A stretch of 64,000 nt of DNA from an uncultured Gemmatimonadales bacterium (GTDB taxonomy: Bacteria; Gemmatimonadota; Gemmatimonadetes; Gemmatimonadales; GWC2-71-9). The stretch lies in the NCBI GenBank assembly GCA_963844035.1, contig CAWJMT010000001.1, positions 1-64,000 on the forward strand. Direction: 5' to 3'. The notes under the pieces are model-generated. The model had not been told where the DNA came from, searched no databases, and worked only from the letters and a program-made list of their open reading frames with translations. Shown here piece by piece: positions 11,445-22,318 of this stretch; position 1 is the first letter of the stretch; every line of letters starts with the position of its first letter. A program made the position numbers and the translations under genes.

Positions 11445-11820
11445 ATGATCGCCTACATCACACTCGGTGGCATACTCGGTACGCTGGCGCGGTACTTCCT
11501 CCAGGGCTGGGTCCAACAACGCTCCGGCCTCGTGACCTTTCCCGTCGGCACCCTCGCCATCAACCTGGTCGGCTCGTTCATCCTCGGCATGGTGATCCGG
11601 CTCGGGACCGGCTCCGCGCTGATCAACCCGGACCTGCGGGCCGGGCTCACGATCGGGTTCTGCGGCGCGTTCACCACGATGAGCACGTTCAGCTACGAGA
11701 GCATGAAGCTGCTCGCGGATGGGGAGTACGGGTACGCGGGGCTGTACATGGGCGGAACGATGCTGGGATGTCTGGCGGCGGTGATCATCGGGCACGCAGT
11801 TCGCGGGGAAGATGCTATGA
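11445..11820 (+). CDS. fluC: Fluoride efflux channel CrcB/FluC
   Basis: GG..GTLARY, FPVGTLAINLVGSF, GFCGAFTTMSTFSYE. Confidence 0.93.
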
Positions 11821-11826
11821 GAAGGC

Positions 11827-11909
11827 GGTGTCAGGTGTCGGGGTGTCAGGGAACTGTTCTGGCATGTCACCACCTGGCCCTGACACCTGACACCTGACAC
11901 CTGACACCT
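11827..11909. repeat. Inverted heptamer tandem-repeat hairpin (GGTGTCA)n ... (TGACACC)n
   Basis: ggtgtcaggtgtcggggtgtcaggg, spacer, ccctgacacctgacacctgacacctgacacc. Confidence 0.85.
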
Positions 11910-11918
11910 GGAGTCTCC

Positions 11919-12310
11919 ATGCCCCATAGCTTCAAGGGTGAACGCACCCTGATGCGAATTTTCATCGGCGAGAGCGACAAGTACCACGGCAAGCCGTTGT
12001 ACGAGGCGCTGGTCGAGACATTCCGCGAGCGAAGGGCTCGCGGGCGCTACGGTGCTGCGCGGCGTGGCGGGATTCGGCGCCAGCAGCACGGTGCACACGG
12101 ACAAGATCCTGCGGCTGTCGCTCGACCTGCCGCTCATCATTGAAATCGTGGAGACCGAGGAGGCGATCCAGTCGATCCTTCCGGATCTCGAGGAAATGAT
12201 CGGCGGCGGCCTCATCACCCTCGAGCGGGCGCGCGTGATCATGTACCGGCCGGCCAACGTGCAACCAAGCCAGCGGGAGCACACCGAATCGAAGGGTTGG
12301 AGCCGGAATA
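11919..12310 (+). CDS. DUF190 (PII-like) protein (frameshift ~12035)
   Basis: LMRIFIGESDKYHGKPLYE, GATVLRGVAGFG, LSLDLPLIIEIVE; commonly adjacent to crcB. Confidence 0.88.
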
Positions 12311-12369
12311 GAAATCGGGCGGCCGGTATTGCACCGACCGCCCGACTTTGCCTCTTGCTGGCCTAGCGG

Positions 12370-13838
12370 CTAACGCCGTCTACCACCGCCGCCACCACCA
12401 CCGCCTTCATGCCTGCCTCCACCCCCGCCACCACCGCCGCGACTACCGCTAAAGCCGCCGCCACCGCCGCCAGCACCACCCCCGCCGCGACCACCGCTCC
12501 AGCCGCCACCGCCGCCGCCGCTTCGACGGCCGCCGCCATCGCCACCGCTGGCACGCGAGGAACCGGATCCCGATGAACGCGGTGCCACGTCAGCTCCGCC
12601 ACCCCGACGCGAGCCACCCGACGGCGCGCTCCGAGCAGCCGGTGCCGAGCCACCGCTACGCTCACCCCGCGGCGCGGCGCTCGACCGCCCACCGGACGAC
12701 GGCCGTGCATACCCGCCGTCGCGGTAACCCCGCGAGCTCGTGCCCGATACCCGCGTGCCGGATTAGCACGCGAGCCCGTACTCGACAACCCTGGAACCGA
12801 CTCGCCCGCGCGCATGTAGAGCGCGATTGGGGATCACGACGCGACGTCCGACGCTCGAAGCCCGAGACCCCAGAGTACGGATCGCGAACCGCTCCAAGAC
12901 CCAGAGCTCCTGAACGCGTAGGTGCCACCCGCGAGCCGGCTGGGCGGAATCCACCTACCACTCCCACGTACCCGGCCGACCGATTCCTGTACAGGGGTGC
13001 CCGTAGCCGCCGTACCGCAGCTACGGCCGTACGCCGTACCCCGGGACGGTAGCCGTAAGCGGCGGTACCCGTAGTAGTTGTACCCGTACCCGTAGGGCCG
13101 ATACGGTACGGACCGATACCCGACGTAGTAGGGAGGGTAGTAGTACGGCCCGCATCCCCATGCGCTCCAATAGTACGAGTCACAGAATGGCTCGACGCCC
13201 GTATACCAGTACGGCCATGGGGCGCCGAGCCGACGCCGACGCTCGACCCGCTGTAAGTCGGCCAACCGAGGTCTCGACGTCGGCGCCTCGTCACTGGCGC
13301 CGTCATTGTATGCGGTGGTCGACCGAACCGTGTACGTGGCAACGTCGTAGTCGAAGTGACCATCGACCGCCGTACCCGCACGATCGTCACGAGACCAGCC
13401 TCTGCGTCGTCGCTGCTGTCCAGCGTGCCGCCGCGCCCAAGATTCCATTGGTCACCGCGTCACCAGCCCGTCGAAGCAAACGGGGTCGCCGACCAGGCGA
13501 CGAGCACTGATCCGGTCCCCGTCGTCTTCCGCTGTGAGCGCCTCGCGATCGCCACGATCGCGGACCTCGATCTCCTTGTCGCCCGCAACGAACGCGTCGT
13601 CGCCTGGGTCGAGTCGGAAACAGCACGTCGCACCTGGCTCGCGCGTCGATCTGCAGCACCAATATGTAGCCGTCCTGCGCGGTGTGAACGTACACCTGCG
13701 CCCGCTCGCCGGCGAGTGAAGGCTGTTGGTTCAGCCAGACTGGATTGGAGGATCATCGGAAAGCGCGACGGCAGGTGGGCGTGCCGCAGGCCCAGCCGAC
13801 ATCGATGCGTAGAGAGCAAGTGCAAGCGCGAGCATCAT
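12370..13838 (-). CDS. Secreted DUF4384-like protein with Tyr/Gly-rich middle and Gly/Arg-rich tail (frameshifted)
   Basis: AAGGAG RBS and signal-like start MMLALALAL; PPIQVWL..GERAQVYVHTAQDGYILVLQID..VLFP; low-complexity C-terminus. Confidence 0.55.
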
Positions 13839-14054
13839 GAGACCTCCTTGTTACTACGGGAACGGTACCCCAGCTACCCACCCTATTACAAGAACTGTGC
13901 CCCGTTTAGAGGCTCCAGATCATGAGGAAAACGGCCCTTCTGGGGCGGATGAGCCCCCGCTGTCCCCCGGGGGGAACACCTGTCTACACGTGGGGGCGAG
14001 GATGGAGTAGGGTGAAGTCACAGGTTGCTACATTTCGCGCTCCAGGTCGCCCAA

Positions 14055-14522
14055 ATGAGCCAACTCCTCGACGCCGTCAGCGGCGTCCTGAACGCATATG
14101 AGCCCGTCCCCGGCCTGATCACCGGTGGGCAGCCGCTGCCCGAGCACCTCGCCGCGTTGAAGGCGCCGGTTGCGACGTGGTGGTCGATGTGCGCGATCCG
14201 ATGGAGGAGCAGCCGTTCGACGCGCCGGCGACGGTGCGGGCGGCGGGGTTCGACTACCTCAACATCCCCGTCAGCCACACCCCGCTCGACGACCGCGCGC
14301 TCGACGACATGCAACGGGCGCTGCACGACGTCATCGGCGCGCGCCGCGCGTTTCGTCTATTGCAACTCAGGCAACCGCGTCGGGGCAGCGTTGATTCCCT
14401 ACCTCATGCTGGATCGGGGGTTCGGAGAGGAAAGCGCTGTGGACGCCGCCATGCGGATGGGGACCCGGCACGCAGAGCTGCTGGAGTGGGCGCTCGACTA
14501 CGTGCGGCGGCACCAGGCCTAG
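14055..14522 (+). CDS. DUF442/BLH-like phosphatase/sulfurtransferase domain protein (frameshifted)
   Basis: TGGQP, VVDVR, GFDYLNIPV and the CNSGNR (Cx4R-type) loop. Confidence 0.75.
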   Translation: MSQLLDAVSGVLNAYEPVPGLITGGQPLPEHLAALKAPVATWWSMCAIRWRSSRSTRRRRCGRRGSTTSTSPSATPRSTTARSTTCNGRCTTSSARAARFVYCNSGNRVGAALIPYLMLDRGFGEESAVDAAMRMGTRHAELLEWALDYVRRHQA

Positions 14523-14881
14523 GGATTTCTGTGCCAGTACATCCGCATTTCGCTGAGCTTGCCGTCCTTCGTCTCGCAGAAGATGGCGCCGCGCGCGTCG
14601 ACTCGCTCGCCGCTGCGCCGGCGGCGGTAGGTACACCGAAACTCGGTAGCGAACCACGGGCCCGCCGCGTAGATCTCACCGGACCGGAACGACACTTCGG
14701 CCTGATTGGTGGGTACGTCCTTCCAGTAGTCCCGGATGGCGGCGATGCCGACGGATCTGTCACTGAAGGGCGTTTCGAGGAAGACGGCGTCGGGCGTGAA
14801 GAGCGAGGCGATCGCGTCCACGTCACCGCGCTCCCAGGCCACACCGAATGCGTCGACGAGCTCGCGGTAGCCGGTGCTCAT
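14519..14881 (-). CDS. NTF2/SnoaL-like protein
   Basis: AWERGDVDAIASLFTPDAVF..PF..GIAAIRDYW ... DGKLSEMRMYW. Confidence 0.85.
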   Translation of the reverse strand: MSTGYRELVDAFGVAWERGDVDAIASLFTPDAVFLETPFSDRSVGIAAIRDYWKDVPTNQAEVSFRSGEIYAAGPWFATEFRCTYRRRRSGERVDARGAIFCETKDGKLSEMRMYWHRNP

Positions 14882-14908
14882 GGCGCCCAATATACCAAGG
14901 AGGGATCG

Positions 14909-15287
14909 ATGCTGAATCGCACTTTCGCCCTGTTCGCCGTGCTGGCGGGCGCGGCCTTGCCGCTGGCTGCCCAGACGCCGGCCGGAGCGAAGGAGGGCAC
15001 GGGAAACCGAGATCACGGGCCAGGTGATCGACGTGAACTGCTTCACCACCGGTGTTTCCGGTTCGGCACACAAGCAATGCGCCCAGGCGTGCGCCAAAGC
15101 GGGTGTGGGGCTTGCGATCCTCGGGCGCGACGGCAACATCTACATCCCTGTCAGCTCCAAGGCTGGCGATGCCCAGAACTCGCGGCTGATCGCCTTCGCG
15201 GAAGCCACCGTAAAGGTCAAGGGAATCCACCGGTTCGCGAACGGTCTCCACACTATCGAGATCAAGTCGGTCGCGGCCGCCAGCTGA
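14909..15287 (+). CDS. Secreted Cys/His-motif protein (frameshift ~15000)
   Basis: RBS and signal peptide; ITGQVIDVNC..HKQCAQACAKAG..VKVKG. Confidence 0.65.
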
Positions 15288-16630
15288 CGTGCGTCGCTGC
15301 GTTGAGCGCCGCGCTGGCGGCGGCCGTCGTCTGCTGCCGCCCCGCGGCGCCCAGCCGCACCCTGCTGTTCTTCGATCGTTCGCCGGCCGCCACGCTCGAC
15401 GGATTCTCCTGGGCGCCGGACCCCGACTCCAGCCGCATCCTCGCGTTTGACGGCGCACTCCGGCTGGTCAAAGCGTTCACACACAACCGGCTTGCGACGC
15501 CGGTTGCGGTTGCTCGACTCGGGTCGGATTTGCTGGTGAGCGAGCGCACCGGCCAGGGGATCGTGTTCACGACCGACGGCCGCCCAGTACGCGAATGGGA
15601 GAGCCCCGACCCGGCAGATATCTACGCCGCCTCGGGCGCGGTGGTGGTGAGCGCGCGGTCACCGTACTTCGTCCAGATGGTCCCCGAGGCGGACACGGCG
15701 CCGCTGCTCCGCATCCTCGACAAGTCCGGCCGGCCAATCGGCCGCATCGGCACGATGCATAAGCCCGAGGCGCCGTTTCTCACGCAGCTGACGAATGCCG
15801 GCGCGGTCGCGACCGATGCGGCAGGGGCGGTGTACTTCGCGCCGGTCGCGCGCGACGAAATCGTGAAGTTCGACCGCACAGGTGCTACAGCATGGACCGC
15901 GTCGCGCGGCCGGTTTGTTCGCGAGACCGACCCGGTACTCGGGGCCCGTGGACGCGAAGTGGACGCGCGCTATGCGGTGGTGAACCTCGCCCTGGTTCTC
16001 GGACCGGACGGGCGTCTCTACGCACTCGGTGGCGATGACTCGGCGGCGACCCGGCTGCGGGTGGACGTGCTCGACACGGCGTCAGGAAAGATTCTCGCGA
16101 CTCACCACTTGGGGCCGCGGGAGACCGCTGTTGCCCTGGACTCGAGCGGCCAGATCGAGACGCACGACGCAGACAGCCTGCTCGCGCTGCTGCCTAACGC
16201 CCGCCGCGAGCCGTTCGAGCCCCCGTTCACGCTCCGCCGCGTGCAGGGCGACACGGTGAGGCTGGCGGATTTCGCCGGCAAGGTGCTGCTCGTCAATTTC
16301 TGGGCTTCGTGGTGCCATCCCTGCCGCGAGGAATTCCCGCGCATGGCGACGCTGTACGAGGAGCTCTCCCGCGCCGACTTCGAGATCGCGGCCATCTCCG
16401 ACGACCGCGACTTGGGAAGCATGCTCGCGTTCATCACGTCGTTGCGGCCGCCATTTCCGATTCTGGTGGGCGGCGGGCGGATGCGGGCGGTCTACCACTA
16501 CCGGGGCCTGCCCTACTCGGTGTTGCTCGACCGCCACGGTCGGGTGGTGAAGCGGATTTTCGGGTTCGGGAGTGAGGAAGAATTCCGCGCCCTGCGCGCC
16601 ACTATTGCAAAGGAGGTCCGCGCACCCTAG
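15284..16630 (+). CDS. Lipoprotein-like beta-propeller protein fused to a C-terminal TlpA/ResA thioredoxin domain
   Basis: NHL/propeller-like repeats, then GKVLLVNFWASWCHPCREEFP and GLPYSVLLDRHG. Confidence 0.75.
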   Translation: MTCVAALSAALAAAVVCCRPAAPSRTLLFFDRSPAATLDGFSWAPDPDSSRILAFDGALRLVKAFTHNRLATPVAVARLGSDLLVSERTGQGIVFTTDGRPVREWESPDPADIYAASGAVVVSARSPYFVQMVPEADTAPLLRILDKSGRPIGRIGTMHKPEAPFLTQLTNAGAVATDAAGAVYFAPVARDEIVKFDRTGATAWTASRGRFVRETDPVLGARGREVDARYAVVNLALVLGPDGRLYALGGDDSAATRLRVDVLDTASGKILATHHLGPRETAVALDSSGQIETHDADSLLALLPNARREPFEPPFTLRRVQGDTVRLADFAGKVLLVNFWASWCHPCREEFPRMATLYEELSRADFEIAAISDDRDLGSMLAFITSLRPPFPILVGGGRMRAVYHYRGLPYSVLLDRHGRVVKRIFGFGSEEEFRALRATIAKEVRAP

Positions 16631-16640
16631 CCTAGTACCC

Positions 16641-17640
16641 GTGCACGAACCCGCGCGTCCCGCGTCCCTCTTCCCGATTCCCGTCGTCATCGACACCGAT
16701 CCCGGCATCGACGACATGCTGGCGATCTACCTCGCCCTCTACTCTCCTGAGCTGGACGTGCGGGGGATCTCGGTCTCGTACGGCAACACGGTGGTCGAGA
16801 ACGCCTACCGCAACGCGGTGGAAATCCTGCGGCGGGCAGCGAAGCGCGCCCGGCTGGCGGTGGGGGCGCGGCGGCCGCTGGTCCGGCCGCTCGTGGTGGC
16901 ACACGAGACGCACGGTGAGTCCGGGCTGGGGTACGCGACCCTGCCGCCCGCCGGCGTGATCCTCGATTTCGTGCGCCCGCTCGAGCGCCTGCTCGCGGAG
17001 CAGCGGGAGCCGGTGACGCTCGTGACGCTGGGTCCGCTCACCAGTCTGGCGCTCGCGCTGCGGCGCGACCCGGAGCTGGTACGCTCCAAGGTGTCCCGGC
17101 ACATCGCGATGGTCGGCGCATCTCGAGGCAAAGGGCAACACGACGCCGCTGTCCGAGTTCAACGCCTGGTGCGATCCAGAGGCGCTGCAAACGGTGCTGC
17201 AGGCCGAGCTCCCAAGCGAGCTGGTGGGTCTGGACGTGACCCGCCAGATGGTGTTCGACTCGGCCGACGTCGAGCGGCTGGGACGAACCGGAGCGCCGCT
17301 GGCGCGCTGGCTGCATGAGGCGCTCCGCTTCTACGTCGAATTCCACCGGCAGCATGAGGGGCTCGACGGGTGCGTCTTGAACGACGTGCTGCCGATCGCG
17401 GCGTTGCTCCGGCCCGAGACGGTGACCTTCAAGCGGGTGCGGATCGCCGTGGGCCTGGAGGATGACGCGCGGCGCGGCCAGACGCGGGTTGCGCCGGACG
17501 GTGCCGGCGTGCTGGTCGCAACCGAGGTGCGCATCCCCGCGATCCGCGCCTTGCTTTCCGAGCGGGTGTTTCGACGCGCGGCGTTGCCCGAAGTACCGGC
17601 ACCCGAGCCGCGCGGGGCGAGGGTGGAGGCGCACGCGTGA
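16641..17640 (+). CDS. Nucleoside hydrolase (frameshift ~17125)
   Basis: VVIDTDPGIDD, HGESGLG, LGPLT, EFNAWCDPEA, VGLDVT. Confidence 0.9.
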
Positions 17641-18588
17641 ACACGATGCCGGGGAAGGTGACCATCCTGGGCGCGGGCGAGATCGGGTGCGGCTGGGCCG
17701 CGCTGATGGCTTCGGCCGGCTGGCCGGTGACGTTGTTCGACATCAACGCGCGCACGCTCGAGGTCGCGTCGACCGAAGTGCCGCGCCGCGCGCGCGCGCT
17801 GATCGCGCTCGAGCGTGCTACGCCGGGAATCGTGGAGCGGGGGCTCCAGGAGCTGACCCAGGGCCGCAGCCTGCTCCTCGCAGTGCAAGGCGCGGACTGG
17901 GTTATTGAAGCGATCCCCGAAGACCTCATGGCCAAGCAGAAGCTGTTCGATGCAGTGGACCAGATCGCGGGCCCCAACGCGCTGCTCTCGAGCTCATCGA
18001 GCGGGATGCTCCCCAAGGACATTTTCGCCCGGTGCCGCCACCAGGACCGCTGCCTGGTGACGCATCCCCTCAATCCGCCGGAGTTCATTCCGCTGGTCGA
18101 GGTCGTCCCGTCGGAACGCACGGGTCCCGCGTGGGTCACCCTCGCGCGTGACTATCTCTCGGCGCTGGGTCGAGTGCCGATCGTGATCCGCAAGCCGGTC
18201 CCGGGCTACGTGGTGGGCCGGATCGCGGCCGCCGTGTGGCGGGAGTGCGTGGATCTGGTGCTGACGGGCGTGATCGACGTGGAGGAGCTGGACCGGGCGG
18301 TGACGCTCGGGCCGGCGCTCGGGTGGGCGGCGGCGGGACCGCATCTCACCTATCATCTCGCGGCGGGCGAGGGCGGGCGTGACGGTGTTCCTGCAGCGAC
18401 TGCTGGCGAGCTTCGAGCAGCGTTGGAGCGAGCTCGCAACCTGGCACAGCCTCGAGCCGGAACGCTTGCGCACGCTCACCCACGCGATCGAGCGCGCCTA
18501 CAAGGGAAAGTTGGGGGAACTCGAAGAGGCGCGGGACCGGCGTCTCAGCTCGATGCTGCGAGCGCTCGAGCAGGAGCGACCGACTCTA
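17637..18588 (+). CDS. 3-hydroxyacyl-CoA dehydrogenase family (carnitine dehydrogenase/lambda-crystallin-like; frameshift ~18375)
   Basis: GAGEIG, EAIPEDL, SSSSG, HPLNPP..PLVEVVP. Confidence 0.85.
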
Positions 18589-18590
18589 GG

Positions 18591-19021
18591 CTACCTCGGC
18601 TGGCCCCGCACCATCAGCACCGGCACCATGGTCCTGTGCCGCAGCTCGCTCGCCACGCTGCCGCGCACCACGTCGTTCAGCCCCCGATGTCCGTGCGTGG
18701 CCATCGCGATCAGGTCGCACTGCTCCCGCATCGCCGCCTCGCTGATCTCCGTCGCCGGGTCGCCCGCGGCGAGCACCGCGTCCACGTCGAACCCCTCCGC
18801 CGCGCAGCGCCGCGGACATCCGCTCGAGGTAGGCGCGGTCCTCCCGCATCTCCTCCGACTCGCGCAGCTCGAGCTCCTTGATGTTGCGCGCCACCCAGCC
18901 GTCGGCCACGTGGATCAGCACGATCGACGGCGTCGCAGTGCCGCGCCAGCCGGCGCACGTGCGCGAGGATCGTCTCGTCGTACGGCGAGTTCTCGAGCGG
19001 GACCAGGATGCGCGTGTACAT
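18591..19021 (-). CDS. Universal stress protein (frameshifted)
   Basis: [33 protein letters not shown]. Confidence 0.88.
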
Positions 19022-20387
19022 CAGCTGAGCCACGCCGCGCACGGTCAGCACGAGGAGCCAGCCGTTGAGCGTCGCGATCACGCCCGCGACGGTGTACGCC
19101 AGCGACCTTCACCCAGCGGCGTTCACGAACTCGCCCATCTTGGCTCGCTCCGACGTGAACCGCACGAGCGGGAAGACCGCGAACGAGAGCTGCAGGCTCA
19201 GGATCACCTGGCTCAGGATCAGGAGCCGCGCGGTGCCGCTCTCGCCGAAGAAGATGGCGGTGATCGCGGCCGGCACAATGGCGATCGCCGCGCGTGATGA
19301 GGCGCCGCAGCCAGGGCCGGAGGCGGATGTTGAGGAAGCCCTCCATCACGATCTGGCCGGCCAGCGTGCCGGTCAGCGTCGAGTTCTGGCCGGAGGCGAG
19401 CAGCGCCAGCGCGAACACCGTGCTCGCGCCCGCCACGCCGAGCAGCGGCGTGAGCAGCTGGTAGGCGTCCTGGATCTCGGCCACCCGCGTGTGGCCGGTG
19501 CGGTGGAACGTGGCCGCCGCCACGATGAGGATCGCCGCGTTGATGAAGAGCGCGAAGCATCAGCGCGATGGTCGAGTCGAGGAACGCGAACTGCATCGCC
19601 TCGCGCTTGCCCGCCGCCGTCTCCTCGTAGCGCCGCGTCTGCACGATGGACGAGTGCAGGTAGAGGTTGTGCGGCATCACGGTGGCGCCGAGGATGCCGA
19701 TGGCGATGTAGAGCATGTCCCGGATCCGCGAGGATCGAGGTGCTGGGCACGAACCCGCGAGCAGCGGGCCCCAGTCGGGACGCGAGATCGACAATCTCGA
19801 ACAGGAAGCAGCCGGCGATCGTGGCGATCAGCGCGATGACGAGCGCCTCGAGCAGCCGGAAGCCCTTGTTCTGGAGGTAGAGCACCAGCAGCACGTCGAG
19901 CGCCGTGATCACGACGCCCCAGGCCAGCGGGATGCCGAACAGCAGGTTGAGCGCGATCGCCGAGCCGATCACCTCGGCCAGGTCGCAGGCGGCGATCGCG
20001 ATTTCGCAGAGGATCCAGAGGCCGAACGATACCGGCCGCGAGTAGTGGTCGCGGCACGCCTGCGCCAGGTCGCGCCCGGTCACGATGCCGAGCTTGGCCG
20101 CGAGCCCCTGGAGCAGGATCGCCATCAGGTTCGAGATCAGGATCACGCTCAGCAGCGTGTAGCCGAACTGCGCGCCGCCGGCGAGGTCGGTGGCCCAGTT
20201 GCCGGGGTCCATGTAGCCGACCGCGACCAGATAGCCGGGACCGGCGAACGCCAGCACCTTGCGCCACCAGCTGCCCCGGGCGACCGGGATGGTGCGATAG
20301 ACCTCGGCGAGGCTCGGGGTGAGCCGGGGCTGGCGCCACCCCGGATCCGCGACCGCGCCGCGGAGGCGCCACGTCGTCCTGGCTCAT
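19022..20387 (-). CDS. mntH: Nramp Mn2+/Fe2+ transporter (frameshifted)
   Basis: [42 protein letters not shown]. Confidence 0.93.
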
Positions 20388-21068
20388 GGGTCGCCTCGCG
20401 GCACCACAACAGCTCCGCCAGCTCGCGACCGATCACACGCGGGCCCAAGGGTCAAGTCGCACGGTGGTCGGTCCGTTGAATGGTTGACGGTCGGTGACCG
20501 TGAGACTCGCTCCGGGCACCAACCCCTGCTCCGCGAGGTAGCGCAGGCGCGCCGGGTCTTCGGTACCGACCTGGCGCAGCTCCAGGGGCTGACCCACGGG
20601 TGCGTCGGCGACGGAGACGAGGTCGGCCTCTTCGATTTCGCCGGCGGCAGTCGGGATGGGAGCGCCGTGCGGGTCATAGCGCGGATCGCCGAGCGCCTGA
20701 GACATGCGCTCGATGAGCTCGTCCGATACGGCGTGCTCGAGCCGTTCCGCCTCGTCGTGCACGCCGTCCCAGTCGTAGCGGAGCTGCTGGACCAGGTAGA
20801 CCTCGAGGATGCGATGACGTCGAATCATCCTCAGCGCCGCCCGCCGCCCCTGCGCCGTGAGCTGCACGCCGCGGTAGGGGACGTACTCGATCAGCCCGGT
20901 CTCTGAGAGGCGCTTGACCATGCCGCTCACGGACGGGGCGGAGACCTCGAGGTGGGCCGCGATCTCACTCGTGGCCGCAAAGCCGCCCTGGCTCGACAGG
21001 TGGTAGATCACCTTGAGGTAGTCCTCGACCGAGCGGGTGAGCGGCGACTCCGGCAAACTTGCTTGCAT
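20384..21068 (-). CDS. mntR: DtxR/MntR family metal-dependent repressor with FeoA domain
   Basis: SVEDYLKVIY, RRHRILE, EAERLEHA, DPHGAPIP. Confidence 0.92.
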
Positions 21069-21166
21069 GTCGTTTCTCCCTGCCGGAAAGGCGCGCAGGA
21101 TTCGTGCGCCGTAGACGACGTAACAGCTAGTCAGCTAATAACTTCGGTGTGTCTTAACTTGGCGGG

Positions 21167-21199
21167 AGTTAGCGTAAGCTAATTCTACAATAATGTCAA
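21167..21199 (-). promoter_or_regulatory. mntR-mntH-usp promoter with overlapping DtxR-family operator
   Basis: Minus strand TTGACA(21199-21194)-N17-TACGCT(21176-21171); palindrome TTAGC-GTAA-GCTAA (21169-21182) covers the -10. Confidence 0.75.
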
Positions 21200-21212
21200 G
21201 CGAATCAGATGT

Positions 21213-21788
21213 TTAGATAGGCCATATCTCACTCAAGAATCTCCAGATAATCCGCTCCGTCATGCCCCAAATGATGTCCTGACCGAGGATATAGGCGTCA
21301 AAGCTGCGCTCACCCCCGCCCACCGTGAGCGTGACGTGCGGCGGGCGCCGGGCTCGAGCAGCCGGCCCAGGGGCACCCAAAAGGCCGATTGTACCTCCTC
21401 ACTTGGGCTCAGGGCCGGACGATCCGGGAGGGCGAAGATGAAGGGACGTACCACGATGGGCGGCAGGAGCTGGGTGCGGGGGCTGAGGTCGTCGAGGGCA
21501 CCGAGGCGCTCCGCTAGACCCAGATCGACGGCCAGCTCCTCGCGGGTCTCCCGAATCGCCGTGTGCTCGAGACCCGCATCCGCCGGATCCCGCCGCCCCC
21601 CGGGCAGGGCGACCTGCCCGGACCATGGGTCGCCCGGCACGCACGGCGCGGCGAATGAACAGCGTCTCGAGACCGGCGGGGCCGGGCACCAGGATCAGTG
21701 CGACTGCGGCGAAGTTCTCGCCCACCGCGGGCTCGGTCGGGGTCCGATGTACCCTGCCCAGGCGGCGGACGGCGTCCAAGGTGATCAC
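21213..21788 (-). CDS. CoA pyrophosphatase (Nudix; frameshifted)
   Basis: AAVAL, DPWSGQVALPGG, AIRETREE, IIWGMT. Confidence 0.88.
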
Positions 21789-22291
21789 CGGAGGTGGCGT
21801 GCCAGCCAGTCGATGGAGGGTCGCACGACCTCCTCGAGCCCAGGGGTCGACGCCGTGAGCTCGAGCCAGCGCTCCCGCAGCGCAGCGTCGCCACCCTGGA
21901 CGGGCGCCGATGTCACCGTGACAAGCGCACGCACTCGCTCGTCCCCCAATGTGCGCATCAAGGCGATCGCCGCTCCCGTGCCGTGACCGATTAACCCATA
22001 CCTCTCCGCGGCAACGCCGACGGTCCCGCGCTGCAATGCGTCGAGCACCAGGGCGAGGTCGCCCGAATGCGCCAGGTCGAACGACACGACGGCGAATCCG
22101 GCGCGCGCCAGGCGCGTCGGCAAGCTCGGGAAGGAGTCCCCCACAAATGACCACCGCAGGGCGTACGCCACCCGCGCTGTCGCACGTCGACGTGCAGCGG
22201 GCGGCCGTCGGCCCCGAGGAGCCGGAACGAGCGTTTGGTGGGGGTCGCCAGGTGACTAGCCGTTGCGGCGCACTGGGGTGCCGCTGATCAT
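21785..22291 (-). CDS. Hypothetical, degenerate alpha/beta-hydrolase-like protein
   Basis: LARAGFAVVSFD, GLIGHGTGAAIAL; the nucleophile Ser is replaced by Gly. Confidence 0.5.
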
Positions 22292-22318
22292 TGGTCCGGG
22301 AAGTATAGTGCGCACACT

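Noticed and set aside
11827..11909. CRISPR mini-array or fluoride riboswitch
   Set aside because: Only heptamer repeats without spacers; downstream of fluC, and I could not recognise a crcB aptamer upstream.
13925..14000. GC-rich intergenic stems as an ncRNA or riboswitch
   Set aside because: No recognisable conserved RNA motif; such stems are expected by chance at this GC content.
14177..16630. 817-aa ORF as a single fusion protein
   Set aside because: It strings together parts of three genes plus antisense sequence because of frameshifts and the lack of stops in GC-rich DNA.
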